In this document: positions 29,296 through 38,120 of the stretch, piece after piece
Layout: every line of letters starts with the position of its first letter
Numbering within the stretch: the stretch's first letter is position 1
Origin: Ruminococcus sp.
Lineage (GTDB): Bacteria; Bacillota; Clostridia; Oscillospirales; Acutalibacteraceae
Assembly (NCBI GenBank): GCA_017464765.1
Contig: JAFTYK010000035.1
Coordinates: 18,577 to 82,576 of the forward strand
Direction of reading: 5' to 3'
Length of the DNA: 64,000 nt
The notes under the pieces: model-generated
Told to the model about the DNA's origin: nothing
The model's input: the letters and a program-made list of their open reading frames with translations, nothing else
Database searches by the model: none
Program-made: the position numbers and the translations under genes

Positions 29296-29901
29296 CTAAT
29301 GAAAATTTCTGATTTTATCACCAAACATATTACTCGCAAACTCCTGATAAGTATTCTCTGGGATATAATAATACACATAGTATTCTTCTTTATTACTATG
29401 TCGATAAAGGTTATCCGTTAAATCAACATAGTACTTTATCTCTTCGCCAGTTGGGTCTTTAAAACTGATAAAGTTATATGAGTGATAACCACCGCTTTTC
29501 AGTTTTACATCACAAACATATACTTTTATGTCACCGCTATATTTTAAGTTATCAGCACATACCAGAAATACACTTTTTAAGTAGCAACTAAAATCAAAAC
29601 ACAGTCCTTTCTTACTCTTTATAAAGTCAGAAAAAGAGAAGTGCTGCATACCAAGAAAATAGTGCTTATCTTCATCGTAACTATACTCTGTGCAAATATC
29701 TTTATTGACTGCATATATCAAATCTTCAACTGTTTCACACTTTAAATATCGTTCATTAATCCACTCAACATCTTCATCCGTTAAACTGCAAATCGAACTC
29801 CATCCACCACTATGGTTTTGAGCGAAAGTTATCGCATAAGTAGCACACACACTCAAAACCAAAGCAACTGATAATGTTATGCTTATTATTCTTTTAATCA
29901 T
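29296..29901 (-). CDS. secreted transglutaminase-like protein
   Basis: signal peptide; GLCFDFS...HSYN...VDLT Cys-His-Asp triad. Confidence 0.72.
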   Translation of the reverse strand: MIKRIISITLSVALVLSVCATYAITFAQNHSGGWSSICSLTDEDVEWINERYLKCETVEDLIYAVNKDICTEYSYDEDKHYFLGMQHFSFSDFIKSKKGLCFDFSCYLKSVFLVCADNLKYSGDIKVYVCDVKLKSGGYHSYNFISFKDPTGEEIKYYVDLTDNLYRHSNKEEYYVYYYIPENTYQEFASNMFGDKIRNFH

Positions 29902-29993
29902 CTAACCATCCTCCTAACGAGTCAAAAATTAAAGATTTTGATACTTAACAAATTCAAAATTACCCCCATGATAAATACAGGTTTTGCACCGTG

Positions 29994-30578
29994 TCAAAGG
30001 TTAGAGTCAAGAGCATTTTTCCTTTTTGCTCTGATTAATGTGCTTTTACTGATGCCAGTCATTGCTTCGACTTGCTTATATGTCTTCCCTTCATTAAGTA
30101 GAGCAAGGCCTAACTTTATTTGTTCTCTACTAAACTTTTTAGGTCTCCCCTCTTTGTAGTTCGGATTTTGTCTTGCTATCATTCTGCCTTCACGACATCG
30201 CTCATTTATCATATCTTTCTCATACTGGCTAAAAGCGAGCATAACATTAAGCAACAGAGTGCCTATGGTTGAATTTTCTATCTTACCCATATTGAGTATA
30301 TTTAGAGTTACTCCTCTATCATATAAATCTTTTGCGAGGGTTGTCCCTTCGCTTACAGTTCTTGCAAACCTATCAAGTTTAGTAACTATAAGTTCATCAC
30401 CAGATTTAAGTTCTTGTATGAGTTCAGAGAACTTCGGGCGGTCTTTGACCGTACCGCCCGAATACACCTCCTCGACAACTATTTCAGCACCTGCGGTGAG
30501 CACTGCATCTCGCTGTGATTTTAACGATGTGTTCTGCTCTTGTGACTTGCTGCTCACTCTGATGTATCCATACTTCAT
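29994..30578 (-). CDS. small serine resolvase/invertase
   Basis: YGYIRVSS, VTKLDRFAR, EGRPKK, C-terminal HTH. Confidence 0.93.
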   Translation of the reverse strand: MKYGYIRVSSKSQEQNTSLKSQRDAVLTAGAEIVVEEVYSGGTVKDRPKFSELIQELKSGDELIVTKLDRFARTVSEGTTLAKDLYDRGVTLNILNMGKIENSTIGTLLLNVMLAFSQYEKDMINERCREGRMIARQNPNYKEGRPKKFSREQIKLGLALLNEGKTYKQVEAMTGISKSTLIRAKRKNALDSNL

Positions 30579-30901
30579 ATATAATCATCCGCCCTTATCC
30601 TATCGTTTCTAAAAACAAAATCTTTTGCATCATCATCCAAACAAGCAAGTATAAATCTAAGCATATACTTACATGCATATATGAAAGTTTCTTTTTCAGA
30701 TTCACAGCACTTTGAAATAGATAAAGAAACTAAATTATCAAACTCCTTTTTCAAATCATCAGATAATTTCTTTCTGAACTCATCTTGTGCATCACATTCC
30801 AATGTTAGTATCTGATATGACTTACTCTGCTTATCTAACTTTCTATCAGCAGGGCAAACATTTCCATAGTACAGGTTTTCCAAAAAGTTGTCGCATGTCA
30901 A
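30575..30901 (-). CDS. DUF6809-like protein
   Basis: FLENLYYGNVCP start and helical pattern; TTG start after GGAGG. Confidence 0.6.
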   Translation of the reverse strand: MTCDNFLENLYYGNVCPADRKLDKQSKSYQILTLECDAQDEFRKKLSDDLKKEFDNLVSLSISKCCESEKETFIYACKYMLRFILACLDDDAKDFVFRNDRIRADDYI

Positions 30902-31429
30902 ATAACCACCTCCAGTATTATGTTATTACAATCAAGACATACAAACACCACACATACTTTTTCGATTGCGGGGTATTCAATTAGATAATTGTTTATCACC
31001 TCATCTCCTGAAAGCATGATAAACACTTTAATCACTCCTCTCTTTTTATGTAAGCGATGCCGACTAGCACGGCATCATATTATTGAGGAATTTTAATCGA
31101 TTATTAGGAGGACTTTATTGCTAGAAAATAAAGAGGATAGAGGGTCTCAAAAAACAAATAAAAAAAGACCCACATATGTCCTGCTTCTGCAGAAAATATG
31201 TAAGTCTTATGGGTTCAATAATAAATATGTTCTATTTAATTTGTTGTATTAATTATACCATATTTCGACATTTAAAACAAGCCCTAAAGTATTAATAAAT
31301 TGCTAATTATGCTTTTACTATCCATCTATCCCAATTCAGCAAACACACTTTTTATACTTAACAATTACCTTGTAGAAGAAAAAGCATACACTAATCAAAA
31401 AACAATTAGTGTATGCTTTCTATTATTTA

Positions 31430-32701
31430 TCAACTATATGTATATTCATCGTAGCCCAACATTCTTGTAAAAATAATATCAATGGTAATCTTATACAATA
31501 TTTCTGTTCTTTTATATACCCAATCAAAATCAATATTATTAACCGTATAATCTTTAGGATTTCTTCTACGATTCACTTTGTCAAACGATACCTTTAAGCA
31601 AGAGTTTTTGAGGAAATATCCTGAATGAACATATTGGTTTCTTAAACATATTATTTCTTGAACATATTTTTCAAATTCATCATCCGTCATCGGATGCTTT
31701 CCTAAATAATGCTCTTTTATACTGTAAGAAATAAATGTTTTTCTTATATTACTGATTTGTTGTTTTTTATAATAACACTCTATAAATCTGTAATACATCA
31801 GAAAACTATCTTCTATATTTCTTGGTGCCTTAAATATAATATATGGTATGTTTCTAATTTCCGATTTACTTTTTCTGTAAGGTATTAAAGTATAGCACTT
31901 TTTTAAAAAATCTAACAACTCCTCTTTAACCGTTGAGAATACATGTTTTTCTGTATAATCAATCTTTCTATGCATATTTAATAAGCCATAGTACTCTCCT
32001 TCTATCATCACAGTAACTTTATCAACTATAAACTTGTTTTTATAGTACAACTGCAGATATATTTGCAATTCGTAGATATAGTCATATGCATCGTCATAAT
32101 TTGCTCTTTTATACAATTCTATTTCTATATACCCGTCAAAATCAATCTGCATAGTCTTGGCTTTCCCACTGAAATTTGAAAACCAATTGTCAGCAACACT
32201 AACACTCTTAATATTATTATAATTCACCTCTACTCTGTTATGTTCCTTGTTCTTATATAATTCAACAGTATTCTTTTCTTTACTCTCTGTAAGAATTAAA
32301 CTAGGATAACCAATCAGGTCGTTTACCGATTTACTATGTAATCTTACCTTTTTTATCTTTGGTGTATCAAGAAGTTCGGCTAGTTTCTTATAATCATTAT
32401 GTTCAAAAACAACACAAGCATGGAACTTTGTTTTCGTTCCACCATCTGGAGTTGCATAAGTACTACTATGACCACAATAATAAGCATTCTTTAACAAATA
32501 ATTCTTTCTATTATTGTAGTCGATAATCAATATATCTCTATCTATAAATTCTGTATCATTACCAAATGCTTTTATTCCATTGACCGACTCTAATTCATCC
32601 ATAATATCGTAATCTATAATTACCTCAAAAATTTTATCCTTTATTTCATATTCACAATTGTATTTTTTCTTATAGTCTCTACTAAAATAACAAACAGCCA
32701 T
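31430..32701 (-). CDS. ApeA-like HEPN RNase
   Basis: C-terminal FLMYYRFIE...RNQYVH (RxxxxH); beta-rich N-terminus. Confidence 0.7.
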   Translation of the reverse strand: MAVCYFSRDYKKKYNCEYEIKDKIFEVIIDYDIMDELESVNGIKAFGNDTEFIDRDILIIDYNNRKNYLLKNAYYCGHSSTYATPDGGTKTKFHACVVFEHNDYKKLAELLDTPKIKKVRLHSKSVNDLIGYPSLILTESKEKNTVELYKNKEHNRVEVNYNNIKSVSVADNWFSNFSGKAKTMQIDFDGYIEIELYKRANYDDAYDYIYELQIYLQLYYKNKFIVDKVTVMIEGEYYGLLNMHRKIDYTEKHVFSTVKEELLDFLKKCYTLIPYRKSKSEIRNIPYIIFKAPRNIEDSFLMYYRFIECYYKKQQISNIRKTFISYSIKEHYLGKHPMTDDEFEKYVQEIICLRNQYVHSGYFLKNSCLKVSFDKVNRRRNPKDYTVNNIDFDWVYKRTEILYKITIDIIFTRMLGYDEYTYS

Positions 32702-32829
32702 ATTTACCTCCCTAATAACCATCTCAGCCTAACATATTAATTGTATCATAATTACTTAAATAAATATATACCATGATTTGTATTCAAACACCTACACAAA
32801 TAAAAAACGGATGGGGTATTCCCCACCCG

Positions 32830-33471
32830 TTAGTCTATCAAATCTTCGATTTCACAACCAAGTGCTTTTGCAAGGCTCAGTACAACTTCAAATCTTGCTT
32901 TTGAAAGGTCATTTTGTCTTTGTTCATACAACTGTATCATACGAACCTTGACACCTGATGCATCGCTCAACTGTTGCTGGGTGAAACCTCTTGATTTTCT
33001 TATTTCCTGTAATCTGGTAATTTTTGATTCTTTGTTGCGAGCGATTATATCATTTGCATTCTCAACGAACTTACCTTCATCTGCTTCATGAAGAATATAC
33101 ATCGACATAACCTTTGACAAAGGCAAACCATTCTTTATGATATCCTCAAATCGCATACCAGTTGCCCATTGATAATAAGCAAGTATCCATCCTGCCCAGT
33201 ACTCCCTACCCTTATCAATCGAATAGGAAGGCTCTTTTGATACGAAGGCAACATTAGTTTTAGTAAGTACTGCTTCTGCCAACTCAACACCAGACATACC
33301 TGCAATATACTTTGGATTGCCCTTTTCAAATTTACTTGCTATTCCAGATGACACAAACCAGCCGAAAAACTCATCTGGCTCAAATCCCAAATCAGACACT
33401 GCATACTCCACCATATCGGCAAGATTATGCATCGCATCATCCAAGTATAACTCGTTGTAAGCGGTCATCAT
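32830..33471 (-). CDS. HTH (XRE) protein, partner of DUF3990
   Basis: C-terminal RLQEIRKSRGFTQQQLS...IQLYEQ; EYWAGWILAYYQW N-domain. Confidence 0.82.
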   Translation of the reverse strand: MMTAYNELYLDDAMHNLADMVEYAVSDLGFEPDEFFGWFVSSGIASKFEKGNPKYIAGMSGVELAEAVLTKTNVAFVSKEPSYSIDKGREYWAGWILAYYQWATGMRFEDIIKNGLPLSKVMSMYILHEADEGKFVENANDIIARNKESKITRLQEIRKSRGFTQQQLSDASGVKVRMIQLYEQRQNDLSKARFEVVLSLAKALGCEIEDLID

Positions 33472-34135
33472 CGTTTTTCCATCCTTCCCTGATAATATCG
33501 AGGATATATTTTTCTGTTAATACAGAACCTTTTTTCTTTTCCTTTCTGAACTCTTCTCTTGCCAAATTATCACGAGCAAGTTTCTTTGGGAAATAGATTT
33601 CATTTTCAGCAGGAATTGCTTCTTCAAAACTTAATGCATCAAATGCTTTTTTAGACACCGCAACTATTTGCTCACCCAGTTTTCCAAGCACCATTGCTTT
33701 TTCCAACTGCGAAATAGATATGGTACTATTCAAAAATGCATTTGCAAATGAAAAATACGAATCATCTGCTCGATATCCTTTGATGATATCGTAATTCTTA
33801 TAGTCTATCAAAAAATTTTCAAAAATATACTCTTTTGCTTCTAATGCAATATCGCTACTTAATCTGAACTTTCTATTTTCAAGAAGTATTGCAAGCCAAT
33901 TTAAGATATTATACTCACCACTTGTGAGCGACAAAATTTTAAGCCCATCAGTGTTCAAGGAATATTTATTTGCATAACCATCAGTTTCAGCAGAGCAAGC
34001 CCATTCTTTCGCAAGGTCTAGTGTTTCTGTGCAGTAAAAACCTAAACCGTAGTCATTATTCGGGTTACCTGCTCCAAACAAAGGTCTTTCTATAATTTTG
34101 TTCGAACCATGATATATAGTTAACTCGTTCTTCAT
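33437..34135 (-). CDS. DUF3990 family (ART-like) protein
   Basis: IYHGS, NDYGLGFYCT, YDIIKGYRADD. Confidence 0.82.
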   Translation of the reverse strand: MKNELTIYHGSNKIIERPLFGAGNPNNDYGLGFYCTETLDLAKEWACSAETDGYANKYSLNTDGLKILSLTSGEYNILNWLAILLENRKFRLSSDIALEAKEYIFENFLIDYKNYDIIKGYRADDSYFSFANAFLNSTISISQLEKAMVLGKLGEQIVAVSKKAFDALSFEEAIPAENEIYFPKKLARDNLAREEFRKEKKKGSVLTEKYILDIIREGWKNDDDRLQRVILG

Positions 34136-34153
34136 CAATAACACCTTCTAATC

Positions 34154-34219
34154 ATTGTATCGATTTAACGATAGTTTATTCTTCATCTATATTGTATCGT
34201 TTTAACGATAGTTTGTCAA
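34154..34219 (-). promoter_or_regulatory. promoter with two operator repeats
   Basis: ATTGTATCG(A/T)TTTAACGATAGTTT at 34154 and 34191; TTGACA-17-TACAAT on minus strand. Confidence 0.75.
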
Positions 34220-34333
34220 TATATTAGTAAACATCATCTTCTTACTGGTACATAAGAAGTCATCCTATAACCATATTAATAATTGATATATAGTCATAAC
34301 AACTAATAAAACACAGTAAATAAATTAAAAGAG

Positions 34334-34384
34334 TTGACAATTCCATATAATATGCTAAAATAGAATAAGGTATCATATGATACC
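34334..34384 (+). promoter_or_regulatory. promoter and palindromic operator of the TAC operon
   Basis: TTGACA-16-TAAAAT; perfect palindrome GGTATCATATGATACC 34369-34384. Confidence 0.75.
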
Positions 34385-34409
34385 ATTCTACTAGTATGGG
34401 TGGGATTTA

Positions 34410-34745
34410 ATGATAAGTAGAAAAGCAGATGTAGAAATTCTGCTACAAGATATGCGAGATGCAATTGACTCTGGTCATTATTGCCCCGAAGACAGAGATA
34501 AAAATCTAAACACTCTCGCTGCTCTCGGTATTACATGGGATGATGCTATTGACGAAATCCGAGACCTTAAGTTTTGTGACTATATTAAAGGTCCAGAAGT
34601 CGACCATGATTACCCAAAAACCGACAAGTTATGGGTATTTAAGAAAAATGTTTTAGGCAATACTATATATATAAAATTTAAAATCGAATACTTGATAGAT
34701 AAAGATTTGAAAGTATTGAGTTTTCACATTGATGAATGGGAATAA
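34410..34745 (+). CDS. MqsR/RelE-like toxin
   Basis: KNLNTLAALG...GPEVD...LWVFKK...IYIKFK...LSFH. Confidence 0.82.
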   Translation: MISRKADVEILLQDMRDAIDSGHYCPEDRDKNLNTLAALGITWDDAIDEIRDLKFCDYIKGPEVDHDYPKTDKLWVFKKNVLGNTIYIKFKIEYLIDKDLKVLSFHIDEWE

Positions 34746-34792
34746 GTAATATGATTTAGTATTAGTTTTATTTTTAAAAGGAGGTTTCATCA

Positions 34793-35362
34793 ATGATTTG
34801 CTCTAATTGCTACAATGAGCACAACTTTGAAATTCGAGAAGAACATGAAGTTATTTGTGTTCGTGGTGACAATATTGAAATAGTTTCAAAAGTCACATAC
34901 TGTAAAGACTGTGGACAGAAAGTTTGGAATCCTGAACATGACAGCAACAACTTAAAGGTTGCTTACAGTTTATATCGTAAAAAACACAACTTACTAACAC
35001 CTGAAGAAATTATCGCTATACGAGAGAGATATGGAATATCTCAAACCACATTTGCAAAGGTATTAGGATTAGGTGAAAAAACTATTGCGAGATATGAAAA
35101 CGGTTCTATTCAAGATACCGCCCAAAACAACCTAATTCTATTATCGCAAAATATCGATAATTTTAAAACATTATTTGAACATCAAATCGCTAGATTAGAT
35201 GAAGGAGAAATACAGAAAATTAACGATACACTCAATCGATATACACCTAAAGTGATATCGAAAAGTTGTTACACAAAACCAACACAATTTAAAAATTGTT
35301 TATTTGGAGGTTTTAATTATGAACAATCAGAATATGAGTATAATTTCATCCCTGCAATTTGA
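34793..35362 (+). CDS. MqsA-like zinc-finger/HTH antitoxin with C-terminal extension
   Basis: CxxC...CxxC, LLTPEEI.AIRERYGISQ..FAKVLG..TIARYENG. Confidence 0.88.
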   Translation: MICSNCYNEHNFEIREEHEVICVRGDNIEIVSKVTYCKDCGQKVWNPEHDSNNLKVAYSLYRKKHNLLTPEEIIAIRERYGISQTTFAKVLGLGEKTIARYENGSIQDTAQNNLILLSQNIDNFKTLFEHQIARLDEGEIQKINDTLNRYTPKVISKSCYTKPTQFKNCLFGGFNYEQSEYEYNFIPAI

Positions 35363-35747
35363 AGGTTATAAAGTAAATCATCTTTATTTTGAGGAGAATA
35401 GTGATTGTACTACAACTAAATGTAATATTTGCCCAGAATTCAAACATCAAATCAATCAAATCAGCGACAAAGATTTCGAAGTCGTTTTAGGTTGTAGAAT
35501 CATCTCGACTGAAGAAAATCCATTTCCTTTCTCTACAGAAGTTATTATTACTGGTAATTTTTCAATTGATTCTGATGCTGAAGACAAAGAGGTTTTACTC
35601 AACGAAAACTCAGTAGCCATACTTTTTCCATATCTTCGTTCTACTATGTCAATGCTTGTATTAAATGCTAACCACAAACCACTTGTTTTGCCTACCTTGA
35701 ATATCGTTGAAGTGTTAAAACGAGCAACAGAAGAGGAAAACAAATAA
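35319..35747 (+). CDS. SecB-like chaperone
   Basis: NSVAILFPYLRS...LVLPTLN; third gene of TA operon. Confidence 0.88.
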   Translation: MNNQNMSIISSLQFEGYKVNHLYFEENSDCTTTKCNICPEFKHQINQISDKDFEVVLGCRIISTEENPFPFSTEVIITGNFSIDSDAEDKEVLLNENSVAILFPYLRSTMSMLVLNANHKPLVLPTLNIVEVLKRATEEENK

Positions 35748-35895
35748 GTAATTTATCCTAACAATTTTATCCTTCGCAGACTAAAAAACTTCGTTTTCTA
35801 AAATCTTTTTCGCTTTATGAGAAAGTTTAGAAAACCGCGGATTATAGGCATTATTGAGCAATTCACGAGAAATTGTGTTTATGTCCCTCCGTGGT

Positions 35896-35908
35896 TCATC
35901 TCCACCAC
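35896..35908 (+). repeat. attR core (duplicated tmRNA 3' end)
   Basis: TCATCTCCACCAC identical to 8263-8275. Confidence 0.9.
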
Positions 35909-36100
35909 GTCAGAGCAAAGTACGTTCGACTACATTTTCGCCATTTGGCGAAAATATCCGTCCACTCCCTTGCTCTTCCTTCTCCCCAAAAAGCCAATGG
36001 CTTTTCGGGGACCCTGGAAGCGCTCATAAAATGTGTTCGGATTTCAATGCTTTTGCTCCACAAAAAAGTCGCAATCGTATATACGGTTGCGACTTTTATA
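35909..36100 (+). other. multi-hairpin element immediately after attR
   Basis: stems at 35934-35955, 35984-36010, 36064-36097. Confidence 0.6.
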
Positions 36101-36130
36101 TTATGTGCGTTATAGTAGAAACTCACGCTA

Positions 36131-36331
36131 TCATTCTGTATTTCTTGGGCAATCTGTGTCTGTACACTCATCACAATTAATACTATTTGATGTACAACAA
36201 AGTAAGTAATCACACTCGTCACAGCAGCATTCGATTATGTTTCCGTTTTCGTCAAGGTGGTTTCCGTTGCCTTTGCAGTCTTCCCCATTGTTTCCTGGTA
36301 AGAGCTTCACCCCTGTAATATCTATAATCAT
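36131..36331 (-). CDS. small Cys-rich acidic protein
   Basis: 66 aa, 10 Cys; GGTGA RBS; divergent from XRE gene. Confidence 0.65.
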   Translation of the reverse strand: MIIDITGVKLLPGNNGEDCKGNGNHLDENGNIIECCCDECDYLLCCTSNSINCDECTDTDCPRNTE

Positions 36332-36417
36332 ATCATCACCATATATTAGTTTAGATAATATTTATCTAAAAGTCAATAGACAAATTTTATCTATCATATA
36401 ATACAGTTGGTGATTAT

Positions 36418-36627
36418 ATGGATAACAGGATTAAAGATTTACGAGAAGACCGAGACCTTACACAAACACAGGTTGCAAAGGCTATCGGCATTACTCAGAG
36501 AAAATACAGTTATATAGAAACAGGCACTCAACAGCTTACTGACGAACTACTCGTAAAGCTTGCAAAATTTTACGGTGTTACTACTGATTACATTCTCAAA
36601 TTATCAGATAAGCAATTCAATACATAA
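36418..36627 (+). CDS. XRE HTH regulator
   Basis: RIKDLREDRDLTQ..VAK.IG..QR.YS..ETG. Confidence 0.9.
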   Translation: MDNRIKDLREDRDLTQTQVAKAIGITQRKYSYIETGTQQLTDELLVKLAKFYGVTTDYILKLSDKQFNT

Positions 36628-36640
36628 TCAGGTGATTTTT

Positions 36641-36883
36641 ATGGATACACGAAAAGCAGTTGCAAACAGATTATTACAGTTATGCGAAGAAAAGAATCTA
36701 TCTGTAAATGCATTAGCTCGAATCTCAGCTGTTCCGCCATCAACACTCAAGAACATCATCAACGGCGGTAGTCAGAACGCAGGTGTGGTTACACTCAAAA
36801 AGCTCTGTGACGGCTTGGAAATTTCTCTTTACGACTTCTTCAACACAAACACATTCAAAACATTAGAACAAGAAATCAAATAA
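36641..36883 (+). CDS. XRE HTH regulator
   Basis: RLLQLCEEKNLSVNALA...STLKNI...LKKLCDGL; ATG 36641. Confidence 0.85.
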   Translation: MDTRKAVANRLLQLCEEKNLSVNALARISAVPPSTLKNIINGGSQNAGVVTLKKLCDGLEISLYDFFNTNTFKTLEQEIK

Positions 36884-36888
36884 TTTAC

Positions 36889-36920
36889 AGGGTATCGCTT
36901 TCGATACCCTATTTTTATTT
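36889..36920 (+). terminator. intrinsic terminator
   Basis: AGGGTATCG-CTTT-CGATACCCT-ATTTTT. Confidence 0.8.
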
Positions 36921-36993
36921 CACCAGTATTTGAACTCTAATTAGAGGGACATTGCGAACTCTCCCATTGTTGAATAATTTTTCAAAAAAGGTA

Positions 36994-37046
36994 TTGACAA
37001 ATTTGTGTGCTAACTGTATTATTGTACTAGTGAAGTAATACAGTTA
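36994..37046 (+). promoter_or_regulatory. promoter with YtrA-type operator
   Basis: TTGACA-17-TATTAT; 11-bp inverted repeat TAACTGTATTA...TAATACAGTTA. Confidence 0.75.
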
Positions 37047-37066
37047 CTTTTTACGGAGGTGATTTA

Positions 37067-37429
37067 ATGAAGTGGACTTTGGATAAGGTGAAGCCCTTGT
37101 GTCCACAAATTTGCGAACAAGTTTGCTTACAAATAGCACTCGGGGAATTCAAACCGGGCGAGAAAATGTTCTCCGTACGAGAAACCGCTATAAATGCCGG
37201 AGTTAACCCGAACACGGTTCAGAAAGCTTTTGAACAGCTGGAAAATGACGGTATCCTCTATTCGGTGCGAGGCTCTGGTTGGTTTGTTTGTGAGGATATC
37301 ATATACGCTAAGGAGACACTCGAAAACTTGATTCGTGAAAAAACCGAGGCTTACTTTACAGAATTAAATGCGTTAGGTATGAGTAATAACGCAATCAAAA
37401 ACTATGTTAAGGAGTGGGAAAATGAGTGA
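37067..37429 (+). CDS. GntR (YtrA-like) regulator
   Basis: PGEKMFSVRE.A....VNPNTVQKAF..LE..G...RGSG. Confidence 0.92.
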   Translation: MKWTLDKVKPLCPQICEQVCLQIALGEFKPGEKMFSVRETAINAGVNPNTVQKAFEQLENDGILYSVRGSGWFVCEDIIYAKETLENLIREKTEAYFTELNALGMSNNAIKNYVKEWENE

Positions 37430-38120
37430 AATTCTAAGATGTGAAAATCTCACTAAAAAATACGCAAATACTACCGCACTCAACAGCATCAACCTGACTC
37501 TTGAAAGCGGTAAAATTGTCGGTCTTTTAGGTCCTAACGGTTCAGGAAAGACTACTCTTATTAAACTTATAAACGGACTTTTGACCCCTACTGAGGGTAC
37601 AGTGTTAGTAAACGGTAATAAGCCAGGTGTAAAAACAAAGTGCAATGTAGCTTATCTTCCTGATAATTCGTACCTGAATTCCTGGATGACAGTAAAACAG
37701 ATTATCGATTTCTTCAAGGATTTTTACGCAGATTTCAGAGAAGATGTAGCTTACACTATGCTAAATCGTCTGGGTATCACCCCTACCACAAGGCTCAAAA
37801 CTCTTTCTAAGGGCAACAAAGAAAAGGTTTGCCTGATTCTCGTTATGAGCAGAAACGCAAAACTTTACGTACTCGACGAACCAATCGCAGGTGTTGACCC
37901 TGCCGCTCGAGATTACGTTATTTCTACAATCATCAACAACTACAATCCTGAGGCTACGGTCCTCATTTCTACTCACCTTATTTCTGATATAGAGCAAATC
38001 TTAGACGAAGCTATTTTTATCCAGAATGGTGATATTCTTCTCCAGAAGTCAATCGACGAAATCAGGGAAGAAAACGGCAAAAGCGTTGATGCACTCTTCA
38101 GGGAGGTATTCAGATGGTAA
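37422..38120 (+). CDS. ABC transporter ATP-binding protein
   Basis: GPNGSGKT, LSKGN, LDEP, STH. Confidence 0.95.
   Translation: MSEILRCENLTKKYANTTALNSINLTLESGKIVGLLGPNGSGKTTLIKLINGLLTPTEGTVLVNGNKPGVKTKCNVAYLPDNSYLNSWMTVKQIIDFFKDFYADFREDVAYTMLNRLGITPTTRLKTLSKGNKEKVCLILVMSRNAKLYVLDEPIAGVDPAARDYVISTIINNYNPEATVLISTHLISDIEQILDEAIFIQNGDILLQKSIDEIREENGKSVDALFREVFRW

Larger units (their letters stand above)
8263..35908. mobile_element. tmRNA-integrated element (serine-integrase integrative/mobilizable defence island), ~27.6 kb
   Basis: 13-bp direct repeat TCATCTCCACCAC at both ends, integrase at left end, Rep-like gene, AT-richer accessory and defence cargo; no conjugation or virion genes recognised. 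Confidence 0.92.

Noticed and set aside
24465-30578. Phase-variable hsdS shufflon driven by the small resolvase
   Set aside because: Only one hsdS, and no silent TRDs or flanking inverted repeats were seen.
8263-35908. Prophage or self-transmissible ICE
   Set aside because: No capsid, terminase, tail, VirB4 or coupling-protein genes recognised.
35817-36222. Four overlapping short ORFs across attR
   Set aside because: No convincing RBS or motifs; better explained by the att site and hairpin element.
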